Virus record (IMG/VR): IMGVR_UViG_3300034091_000309 | From: a virus | Lineage: Duplodnaviria; Heunggongvirae; Uroviricota; Caudoviricetes | Direction: 5' to 3' (one strand) | Length of the DNA stretch: 31,596 nt | Part shown: one piece after another, positions 23,910 through 30,577 of the stretch | How positions within the stretch are numbered: the stretch's first letter is position 1 | How the letters are laid out: the number at the start of each line of letters is the position of its first letter | Program-made: the position numbers and the translations under genes | The notes under the pieces: generated by a model | Databases searched by the model: none | Seen by the model: only the letters and a program-made list of their open reading frames with translations | What the model was told of the DNA's origin: nothing

Positions 23910-24551
23910 TCATCCGCTCCATATCCATACCCGATCCAGTTGCGGATAGGTAGCACGGCTGCGCAGGAAGGGTAGCGCGAACTCGTCGTGGGGCTCGGCC
24001 ATGATCTTCTTGCGGCCGTGAATCTTGAGGTTGCCGATGAGGATGTAGGTGCAGCCGGTGGTCAGGATCTCGTCTTCTTTGACCCCCCAGGCATTGCCGC
24101 CCGTCTCCGGAGGGGGGAGAGCGGGATCAATCCACTCCGTGACCCAGGAGGCAATGACCACGTCCGGCGAGTATTGCCGGACGGCGTCGAGGGCGTCCAG
24201 ATTCTGGACAAAATCAGGGTAACGGATCACCGGCTGGCCAGTCATCTCATAATGCCAACGGATGGCGGGCCACTCCTGCATCCGGTTGTCGGTGGCTGGG
24301 ATGGCGAGTACGTGAGCCAGGTCGCCGGCGCCGGCGCCGATCTCGATGGCGCGGCGGTTGGCGATGCGATCTTCCAGCCAATGAACAAGTTCAATGGTAG
24401 GCAGACCGTAGCGGCCATACTTGTGACACCAGAGGCGGAGGGCCTGCGGAAGGATGGAATCGTACTCCTTGGCATGGCACATGGTAAGAAACCCTTCTGC
24501 GTCCAGCAGGTCGGGCAGTTCGAGACTGGGGTCGAGAAGTTGGATTTCCAT
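23910..24551 (-). CDS. class I SAM-dependent methyltransferase-like protein (213 aa)
   Basis: Motif I AIEIGAGAGDL, then DALDAV and PDVVIASW. Start chosen at ATG 24551. Confidence 0.65.
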   Translation of the reverse strand: MEIQLLDPSLELPDLLDAEGFLTMCHAKEYDSILPQALRLWCHKYGRYGLPTIELVHWLEDRIANRRAIEIGAGAGDLAHVLAIPATDNRMQEWPAIRWHYEMTGQPVIRYPDFVQNLDALDAVRQYSPDVVIASWVTEWIDPALPPPETGGNAWGVKEDEILTTGCTYILIGNLKIHGRKKIMAEPHDEFALPFLRSRATYPQLDRVWIWSG

Positions 24552-24620
24552 GATGGTATCATTGCACTTGGGGCGCGACGGGCGCAAATATAAAAAATAA
24601 GCAGAAAGCAAGGGGCGCGA

Positions 24621-24869
24621 TTGATGCTGCACAGGGCGACGCTGATAAGCCGGTCGACGCGGGACGGATGGGACGTGATCGAGGATGATGTTCCGCTGGG
24701 CAAGGTTTACTATGTGGACTTGGAAAGCGTGGCCGTGTTCTGGCATGGGCTGGTGGAGCGCCCCGGCGAATGTGTGGAGCGGGAGTGCATCCGGGCCTAC
24801 AACACGCCCCAGGGCGGCGATGGAGGCTACATGCCGCTGGAGTTGTTGAAAATCGAGGCGAAGGCATGA
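24621..24869 (+). CDS. hypothetical protein (82 aa)
   Basis: Protein-like composition; stop overlaps the next ATG. Confidence 0.6.
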   Translation: MMLHRATLISRSTRDGWDVIEDDVPLGKVYYVDLESVAVFWHGLVERPGECVERECIRAYNTPQGGDGGYMPLELLKIEAKA

Positions 24870-25675
24870 AAGAAGAGAAAGAAATGCGCCAGTGGGGAAT
24901 CAACGATAGCCAATACCGGCCGATCGGCTTGACTGCGGCGAAGATCAAGGCCGGGGTCTACGAGTTCGAGTACGACATGGGCTTATTCCTTGCTCCGGTC
25001 GAGGTGGTGACGGACGATCTGATCGAGTTGCCCGATCCGACCTGCGCACAGGTCCTGGCGGGGATCGAAAGGTTCTGGGCCATGGAAAGCCGCTACCGGA
25101 AGCACGGGCTGCTTTACAAGCGCAGCGTGGGGCTTCAGGGTCCGCCGGGAGGCGGCAAGACGGCCACGCTGATCCTGCTGGGCCGGAGGCTGATCGCTCT
25201 GGATGGGCTGGTCATTATGTTCAACAGCTACGCCGAGAAGGGTTTGGCCTTGCTGCGCAAGATCGAGCCCCAGCGCCGGATTGTCTGCATCATGGAAGAG
25301 CTGGATGACATCCTCGAAAACGACGAGAGCGAGGTGTTGTCGTTGCTGGACGGGGAGACGCAGGTGGATGGTATCGTCTATGTGGCGACGACCAACCACT
25401 TCGATAAATTGCCGGCCACGATCATCAACCGGCCCTCCCGCTTTGACGAGTGGATCGAGGTGGGAATGCCCTCGCCGGCCTGCCGGCGGGTGTATCTGGA
25501 GAAGATAGCGCCCAGCCTGACCAGAAACCAGAGAACGCGCTGGGTGCGGGATACGCAGGGATTTTCGGTGGCACATTTGAAAGAATTGGCTGCGGCCGTA
25601 CTGTGCCTCGATTATCCTTATGAGCAAGTGCTGAAACGGCTGCGGGGGATGCTGAAGGCAGAAAGCAAGGAGTGA
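24866..25675 (+). CDS. AAA+ ATPase, classical AAA clade (269 aa)
   Basis: Walker A GPPGGGKT, Walker B CIMEELD, sensor-1 ATTNH, SRH RPSRFD. Confidence 0.85.
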   Translation: MKEEKEMRQWGINDSQYRPIGLTAAKIKAGVYEFEYDMGLFLAPVEVVTDDLIELPDPTCAQVLAGIERFWAMESRYRKHGLLYKRSVGLQGPPGGGKTATLILLGRRLIALDGLVIMFNSYAEKGLALLRKIEPQRRIVCIMEELDDILENDESEVLSLLDGETQVDGIVYVATTNHFDKLPATIINRPSRFDEWIEVGMPSPACRRVYLEKIAPSLTRNQRTRWVRDTQGFSVAHLKELAAAVLCLDYPYEQVLKRLRGMLKAESKE

Positions 25676-25869
25676 GGCGTATGGATGTCGAGATCCACAT
25701 CACCCTGACCGAAGAGGAGAATGAACAATTTCTGATGATGCTAGGCATGGCGATAGGCGCGGCGTTGCGCAACGACAACAAGAAATTGGGCTATGCTTTT
25801 GTGCGTCTGACGAACAAGATTTATGCCGGCAACCCAAATTTCAAGCCCTATGCGGTTCCAGAGGATTGA
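25672..25869 (+). CDS. hypothetical protein (65 aa)
   Basis: GTGA overlap; helical protein-like sequence. Confidence 0.55.
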   Translation: MRRMDVEIHITLTEEENEQFLMMLGMAIGAALRNDNKKLGYAFVRLTNKIYAGNPNFKPYAVPED

Positions 25870-26057
25870 AGATGACAATCGAAACCAAAGAGGATTTGGA
25901 ACTTTATCTCAAACGCAAAACCGAGGAGACGTTAGCGGAAATGGAAGAAATTCGTAAAGAGAATGGTTGGGAATCTGCCGAAGAGTTTCTGAAAGAGTTG
26001 GAGGCGGCGAAGTTCGATCCGCAAAAAGTGTACCCTTGGGAAAAGCCGGACCGGTGA
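25866..26057 (+). CDS. hypothetical protein (63 aa, E/K-rich)
   Basis: Coupled to the previous gene; an alternative ATG is at 25872. Confidence 0.55.
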   Translation: MKMTIETKEDLELYLKRKTEETLAEMEEIRKENGWESAEEFLKELEAAKFDPQKVYPWEKPDR

Positions 26058-26094
26058 CTGCCCACCATCCGCTGATTACTGTAAGCTGGTTTCC

Positions 26095-26610
26095 ATGAGC
26101 CTGATTCACAAACCCGTGCTGGTGGTGAATGCGACCTTTGAGCCGCTGGAGATCACCCCTGCCCGCAATGCGCTCAAAAAGATCGTGAAGAGAAAGGCGG
26201 TCATCGAGCTGCGGGAGGGAGAGCAGGACGTGTATCCCGGCATCCCCCTGCCTTCGGTCATCCGGCTGGTGGAGTACCGGCGGGTCCCGGAGCACATGAC
26301 CAAACTCTCCAAGAAGAACTTCTACCTGCGGGACCACTACCACTGCCAGTATTGCGGGGTGCGATTCGAGCCGCGGGATCTGACGCTGGACCACGTGATA
26401 CCGAAGTCGCGCGGAGGTCCGAGTTCCTGGGAAAACATGGTGACCTGCTGCAAAGGCTGCAATCGCCGCAAGGGCTCGAAGACCCTGGCCGAGGCGGGCA
26501 TGAACCTGCTGCACAGTCCCAAGCCGCTGACCGTTCACACCAGCCGGCACCTTATGCGCCGGCTGGGCATGGACGAGGATGAGCGGTGGGGGACGTACTT
26601 GTATGCGTGA
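26095..26610 (+). CDS. HNH endonuclease (McrA-like, 171 aa)
   Basis: RDHYHCQYCG...LTLDHVIPKSRGG...WENMVTCCKGCNRRKG. Confidence 0.9.
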   Translation: MSLIHKPVLVVNATFEPLEITPARNALKKIVKRKAVIELREGEQDVYPGIPLPSVIRLVEYRRVPEHMTKLSKKNFYLRDHYHCQYCGVRFEPRDLTLDHVIPKSRGGPSSWENMVTCCKGCNRRKGSKTLAEAGMNLLHSPKPLTVHTSRHLMRRLGMDEDERWGTYLYA

Positions 26611-26983
26611 AGAACGAAAAACCGTAGGCCAGTTTACCGCATTCGTAGGCAGACGGATCAAAACCAGGCGCAAGGCGCAGAAAATGACGCAGGAAGAACT
26701 GGCGCGGAAGATCGGCGTCAGCGTTCCAATTCTGCATGAGATGGAATGCGGGACGAGACACATTAACTTGGAGCGGTTGATACGGTTCGTGCGTCACCTT
26801 ACGACGACCAGCGATCTGCTGGGACTGCCGCATTACGGCGAAGAGGAGATCTTCGATTTCATCGACAAGAAGATCAGAGCCATGAGCGAAGAGGACCTGC
26901 GCAAGTGGAAAAGCGATCCCGGCCCGGCTTCAACTGACAGGCGGCGTTTGTACATCCTTGACAGCGATTCGGAACAGGAGTAG
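26603..26983 (+). CDS. XRE/Cro-CI family helix-turn-helix regulator (126 aa)
   Basis: IKTRRKAQKMTQEELARKIGVSVPILHEMECG. ATG at 26603 overlaps the end of the HNH gene. Confidence 0.8.
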   Translation: MREERKTVGQFTAFVGRRIKTRRKAQKMTQEELARKIGVSVPILHEMECGTRHINLERLIRFVRHLTTTSDLLGLPHYGEEEIFDFIDKKIRAMSEEDLRKWKSDPGPASTDRRRLYILDSDSEQE

Positions 26984-27034
26984 AGTGGTTTCCATGAAGC
27001 AGTTATCGCTCAGTTCGACCCTGTCATCCAATGC

Positions 27035-27070
27035 CACCCCGCAGACGAAGACCTATCTGCGGGGACCCCG
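27035..27070 (+). repeat. 36-nt REP-like repeat, copy 10
   Basis: cacccc-gcagac-gaagacct-atctgc-gggg-acccc-g. Confidence 0.85.
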
Positions 27071-27117
27071 GTATGGGGAGGGGTCTGTCTGAGCGATCTG
27101 CAGTTCGTCTGGACGCG

Positions 27118-27148
27118 ACCCCGGCCAACCAGCCGGGGTTTTCATTTT
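27118..27148 (+). terminator. putative intrinsic terminator
   Basis: 8-bp stem accccggc/gccggggt, loop caacca, tail tttcatttt. Confidence 0.55.
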
Positions 27149-27149
27149 C

Positions 27150-27185
27150 CACCCCAGCGACGAGAACCTGTCGCCGGGGGCTCCG
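27150..27185 (+). repeat. 36-nt REP-like repeat, copy 11
   Basis: cacccc-agcgac-gagaacct-gtcgcc-gggg-gctcc-g. Confidence 0.85.
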
Positions 27186-27193
27186 GATTTTGT

Positions 27194-27276
27194 GCGCACA
27201 TGGCGGAACCGGCAGACGCAGCGGCCCTAAAAGCCGCGGGGAAACCGTGGGGGTTCAACTCCCTCCACGGGCACCA
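27194..27276 (+). tRNA. degenerate tRNA-Leu(TAA), probable pseudo-tRNA
   Basis: Leu-type D arm (tggcggaaccggcagacgca), AC stem gcggc/gccgc with loop cc-TAA-aa, variable arm, T loop ttcaact and encoded CCA. Acceptor strands gcgcaca/cacgggc pair at only 3 of 7 positions. Confidence 0.6.
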
Positions 27277-27282
27277 AGATTC

Positions 27283-27366
27283 GCCGATGTGGTGGAACTG
27301 GCAGACACACCGTCCTCAAAAGGCGGCGCCCAAGGCATAGGGGTTCGATCCCCCTCGTCGGCACCA
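27283..27366 (+). tRNA. tRNA-Leu(CAA)
   Basis: Acceptor gccgatg/cgtcggc, loop ct-CAA-aa, variable arm, T loop ttcgatc, CCA. Confidence 0.93.
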
Positions 27367-27388
27367 GAGGTTGGAGTATAAAGGGAAG

Positions 27389-27562
27389 ATGAAAAAGAAA
27401 TCGGAGGGGCAGGATCAGAAACTGCCCAGCGGGAAATGGGTCCAACGAGTACCGAGGAGTCTGCATTTGAAGTTGATTCTGTTGGCGAGAGCGGAGGGAG
27501 TCAGTCTGAACCATCTGGTCGTATCGTTTCTCGCGGAGATGGTTGGAAGAAAGCGCAAATAG
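27389..27562 (+). CDS. stand-alone HicB-like ribbon-helix-helix protein (57 aa)
   Basis: SGKWVQRVPRSLHLKLILLARAEGVSLNHLV matches the HicB C-terminal RHH pattern. No HicA gene adjacent. Confidence 0.7.
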   Translation: MKKKSEGQDQKLPSGKWVQRVPRSLHLKLILLARAEGVSLNHLVVSFLAEMVGRKRK

Positions 27563-27567
27563 GAGAG

Positions 27568-27791
27568 TTGGGAGTGCCTAAAGCGGGCGACACTGTATTT
27601 CGGATGTTTGCCGAGTCGTGGAAATGCCGCTGGTCGTCAGCTCAGTGACGGCGGATAGGATCGTATGCGGAGCTTGGCAGTTCGATCAAAGAACCGGGGC
27701 CGAGGTCGACGATGGTCTTGATTGGGGTCCGCCGCCGAAGAGGACGGGCAGCTTTTTGAGGCGTAGGGATGGAGAGATTGAAGTGAAGTGA
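27568..27791 (+). pseudogene. small hypothetical gene apparently split by a 1-nt frameshift (or an intact 55-aa CDS 27624..27791)
   Basis: RBS ggag plus TTG/GTG start gives VPKAGDTVFRMFA. The -1 frame continues (G)VVEMPLVVSSVTADRIVCGAWQFDQRTGAEVDDGLDWGP to TGA at 27789-27791. Confidence 0.45.
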
Positions 27792-27803
27792 AAGAGTTTC
27801 CGC

Positions 27804-27896
27804 GGAGCGTTGGCCGAGTCCGGTTTAAGGCACCTCACTGCTAACGAGGCGTGACCATAAAAGGCACCGTGCGTTCAAATCGCACACGCTCCGCCA
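27804..27896 (+). tRNA. tRNA-Ser(GCT)
   Basis: Acceptor ggagcgt/acgctcc, loop ct-GCT-aa, long variable arm, G discriminator, CCA. Confidence 0.92.
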
Positions 27897-27910
27897 GATC
27901 AGAGTACGCG

Positions 27911-28111
27911 ATGCAGCATTGGGTATTGGAAACCGTCAAATGCAAACCTTGCGGCAAGGTGAGCTATGAGAGCCGCGAAGATGCGGAGTACGCAGCTCAG
28001 AGCCAGATGCCGGCGCAGCTTCCGTATGAATGCCCTTACGGAAACGGGTGGCACCTGAGTACCGTTCGGAAGCGTGGGCGAGTGGTTTATGCCAGCAGTC
28101 CCGAAAACTGA
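27911..28111 (+). CDS. small Cys/His Zn-finger protein (66 aa) overlapping tRNA-Ser(CGA)
   Basis: CKPCGKVSYESREDA...YECPYGNGWHLST. Stop TGA at 28109-28111 lies inside the tRNA. Confidence 0.6.
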   Translation: MQHWVLETVKCKPCGKVSYESREDAEYAAQSQMPAQLPYECPYGNGWHLSTVRKRGRVVYASSPEN

Positions 28112-28160
28112 AGCGTCCTGGAAATAGGCGCCGTAGGTTCGAATCCTACCGCTTCCGCCA
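28068..28160 (+). tRNA. tRNA-Ser(CGA)
   Basis: Acceptor ggaagcg/cgcttcc, loop cc-CGA-aa (C33), long variable arm, T loop ttcgaat, GCCA. Confidence 0.9.
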
Positions 28161-28165
28161 ATCTT

Positions 28166-28230
28166 ATAGGGGGAGATTGCTTGTACTGCACCTGCATGAT
28201 GAGCAAACCCTCATCTGGCACTCCCCCTAT
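28166..28230 (+). ncRNA. candidate small structured RNA between tRNAs
   Basis: Perfect 10-bp closing stem atagggggag/ctccccctat enclosing a gatgag/ctcatc hairpin; no convincing ORF. Confidence 0.35.
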
Positions 28231-28268
28231 GGCTGCATCATGAGGCAGTCCTGAATGAAGTTTAACAT

Positions 28269-28359
28269 GCATGTGTGGCTCAGTGGCGACGGCGGCAGTC
28301 TGTAGAACTGCTACCCTTTGTGGTAAACACCGGAGGTTCGACTCCTTCCACATGCACCA
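28269..28359 (+). tRNA. tRNA-Tyr(GTA)
   Basis: Acceptor gcatgtg/cacatgc, AC stem gcagt/actgc, loop ct-GTA-ga, variable arm, CCA. Confidence 0.9.
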
Positions 28360-28362
28360 AGT

Positions 28363-28398
28363 TACCCCGCCGATATGGGCCGATCAGCGGGGACCCCA
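28363..28398 (+). repeat. 36-nt REP-like repeat, copy 12 (3 nt after tRNA-Tyr)
   Basis: tacccc-gccgat-atgggccg-atcagc-gggg-acccc. Confidence 0.75.
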
Positions 28399-28426
28399 TC
28401 AAGCCAGCATTATACAATGGGGAACC

Positions 28427-28729
28427 ATGGCGAAGCCGGTTCCCAACTGGAAGCTGATCGACTGCCCCAAGTGCGGTAGCCTGCGGGGCCGGGACTGCTT
28501 TGTCGAGCAGATTGACCAGTTCTGCTGCCCGGAGCGCCAAGCGGCGGCCGGGATAGGGAGAAAAGTTTTGCGGCTGCCGCTCAACCTCAAGAACCCCGGA
28601 AAGAATCCGACACATAAATGCAGAATGCACAATCATAAGCAATGCAGCGGATATCACCACGGCAACCACGGCTTGCCCGGCCTGAAGTGCACCTGCAGTT
28701 GCCACCGCAGGTGGCGGCAAGCTCTATGA
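28427..28729 (+). CDS. Cys/His-rich Zn-finger protein (100 aa)
   Basis: CPKCG...C...CCPER and HKCRMHNHKQC...KCTCSCH. Confidence 0.55.
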   Translation: MAKPVPNWKLIDCPKCGSLRGRDCFVEQIDQFCCPERQAAAGIGRKVLRLPLNLKNPGKNPTHKCRMHNHKQCSGYHHGNHGLPGLKCTCSCHRRWRQAL

Positions 28730-28752
28730 TATATTGCGGGCATGGAGGCACC

Positions 28753-28965
28753 ATGCCACTGGGACCGGGGAAGTACGATGAGTTGTGCACCAAGGTGCGC
28801 GAGGAAACCAACGCGGATACGGTGCTGCTCATTGTTTTGGGCGGAGTGAAGGGCTCCGGATTTTCCATGCAGACGGTAACCATGAAGATCTCGGTGCTGG
28901 TGCCAGCGATCTTGCGCGACACCGCTGACCAGATTGAGGCCTCTTTGAAAACGGGCAAAATATGA
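28753..28965 (+). CDS. hypothetical protein (70 aa)
   Basis: RBS ggagg. MPLGPGKYDELCTKVREETNA... Confidence 0.7.
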   Translation: MPLGPGKYDELCTKVREETNADTVLLIVLGGVKGSGFSMQTVTMKISVLVPAILRDTADQIEASLKTGKI

Positions 28966-29051
28966 CCGTTTCAGAAAATCGGGGAATCCACCGACAGATT
29001 CACGTCGGCGGGGTGAAAATCGGTGATATGCTTCCGTTCGGGAGGATATTT

Positions 29052-29783
29052 ATGAAAGACAATGCGATGCAGATCGCGCTGATTTTGGACCGTTCCGGAT
29101 CAATGAGTACAATCGCGGGAGCAACGGTGGAGGGGGTCAATGCTTTCCTTGCCGAGCAGAAGAACTCGCCCACGGATGTTTCCATCCGGTTCGTGCAGTT
29201 CGACGACGTGTACGAAGAAGTGTATGACGGAAAAATCAATGATGCTCCCCTACTGACGCTTTCAGAGCCGACAGAGAAGAGCCAGAAGCAATTCGTGCCG
29301 CGCGGCTGGACGGCGCTGCTGGATGCGATCGGCACGACGATCACCGACGTGGGGAAACGGCTCAACGATATGCCAGAGTCGGAACGCCCCGACAAGGTAG
29401 TGATCGTCATCATGACGGACGGGATCGAAAACGCCAGCAAACAGTACAGCATGGAACGGATCTCGGAGATGATCCAGACGCAGCGCGACGTGTACAAGTG
29501 GCAGTTTCAGTTCTTGGCCGCCAACCAGGATGCGATCGCCACGGCGAGCAAGATGAGCATTCCCATGAACAATGCCATCACCTTCAACGCATCGGCGGCG
29601 GGAACGCGGAACGTGGTGCGCGCCGCATCGCGCAATGTCCGCAATTTCGCCGCAACCGGCCAAGCGGCGACGATGAGCTACATGCCGGAGGATCGCGCCA
29701 AGGCGATGGAAGAAGATGAGCCGGCGTCCCACCCCAGCCGCCAAGACCTGCGGCCGGGGACCCCGGTGCCGGCAAAACCGTGA
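29052..29783 (+). CDS. von Willebrand factor A (vWA) domain protein (243 aa)
   Basis: MIDAS DRSGSM, TALLDAIG, IVIMTDGIEN. RBS ggagg before ATG 29052; an alternative coupled start is at 28962. Confidence 0.85.
   Translation: MKDNAMQIALILDRSGSMSTIAGATVEGVNAFLAEQKNSPTDVSIRFVQFDDVYEEVYDGKINDAPLLTLSEPTEKSQKQFVPRGWTALLDAIGTTITDVGKRLNDMPESERPDKVVIVIMTDGIENASKQYSMERISEMIQTQRDVYKWQFQFLAANQDAIATASKMSIPMNNAITFNASAAGTRNVVRAASRNVRNFAATGQAATMSYMPEDRAKAMEEDEPASHPSRQDLRPGTPVPAKP
29730..29765 (+). repeat. 36-nt REP-like repeat, copy 13 (in CDS tail, reads HPSRQDLRPGTP)
   Basis: cacccc-agccgc-caagacct-gcggcc-gggg-acccc-g. Confidence 0.85.
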
Positions 29784-29789
29784 TACACT
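29781..29789 (+). promoter_or_regulatory. putative extended -10 promoter for tRNA-fMet
   Basis: TG-a-TACACT ends 7 nt before the tRNA 5' end. Confidence 0.35.
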
Positions 29790-29795
29790 TGGCCT

Positions 29796-29872
29796 CGCGG
29801 GGTGGAGCAGCCCGGTAGCTCGCTAGGCTCATAACCTGGAGGCCGCAGGTTCAAATCCTGCCCCCGCAACCA
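29796..29872 (+). tRNA. initiator tRNA-fMet(CAT)
   Basis: cgcggggtggagcagcccggtagctcg..., C1:A72 mismatch, loop ct-CAT-aa, CCA. Confidence 0.92.
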
Positions 29873-29939
29873 AGTCACCCTTCCGCGTCCTCAACTCTGC
29901 AATGCGCTTAAAATGCGCCTTCTGTGTTAAAGTAAGGTG

Positions 29940-30280
29940 TGTAAGGAGTCGATGGACTCCCTGGAGAGCGCTATGCGAAAGACGGGCGGTCAGTAAGCAA
30001 TGTTCGGTCTGGGTCAGAAAAAGCCGACGTACAGGTTGTGGCAGTCAGCCTGGCCGCGCAAGCGGCAAAAACGTGGCGCAAGCCTTTGGCCATAGGAGCG
30101 CGGCGGCCGACCGAAAGGATAGTCCTCCGCAGCCAGTGGAACTCGAAAGACGCCAAGACCCTGCGGTGTAGCAGCCGTAAACGCCGGGATAGAGAACTTG
30201 CGGTTGGCGCTATGGTCCCGGACAAGGAGAGGAAAGCTGGCGGGGGTTGCGGCTCAACCTCTGGCCCGAAAAATTCGGGA
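29940..30280 (+). ncRNA. candidate large structured ncRNA 1
   Basis: ORF-poor with many hairpins, two with clear GCAA tetraloops plus GAAA loops; extended -10 TG-t-TAAAGT at 29925-29933. Confidence 0.45.
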
Positions 30281-30286
30281 GTGTTT

Positions 30287-30490
30287 ATGCCTTGGATCAT
30301 TCGCTGGTTGATCTGCCGCGAGTATCGGATTCGTAGGGACTGGATTCTCAGTGAACGCAGGACTGATTACCGGGAGCGTCGGCTACTGCACATGATCCTT
30401 GGGTATAAACCGGGCGATGTATACTTTCATTGCCACTGTGGCAGGTATTCAGACAGTTCAAGATTGTGCCCTGAACACAAAGTTGGTTGA
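30287..30490 (+). CDS. hypothetical protein (67 aa)
   Basis: RBS gggag. MPWIIRWLICRE...HCHCG...C. Confidence 0.55.
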   Translation: MPWIIRWLICREYRIRRDWILSERRTDYRERRLLHMILGYKPGDVYFHCHCGRYSDSSRLCPEHKVG

Positions 30491-30497
30491 ATTTCGC

Positions 30498-30573
30498 GGA
30501 CCCGTCGTCTAGCGGCTAGGACGCCACCCTGTCGAGGTGAAAGGCGCCGGTTCAAATCCGGTCGGGTCCGCCA
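30498..30573 (+). tRNA. tRNA-Asp(GTC)
   Basis: Acceptor ggacccg/cgggtcc, loop ct-GTC-ga, T loop ttcaaat, GCCA. Confidence 0.9.
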
Positions 30574-30577
30574 AGTT

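Noticed and set aside
27563-27800. Structured ncRNA between the HicB-like gene and tRNA-Ser
   Set aside because: Only short local hairpins; the region is better explained by the small ORF 27624..27791.
24866-29783. AAA ATPase plus vWA protein as a MoxR-vWA chaperone pair
   Set aside because: The ATPase has classical-AAA motifs rather than MoxR ones, and the two genes are 3.4 kb apart in different contexts.
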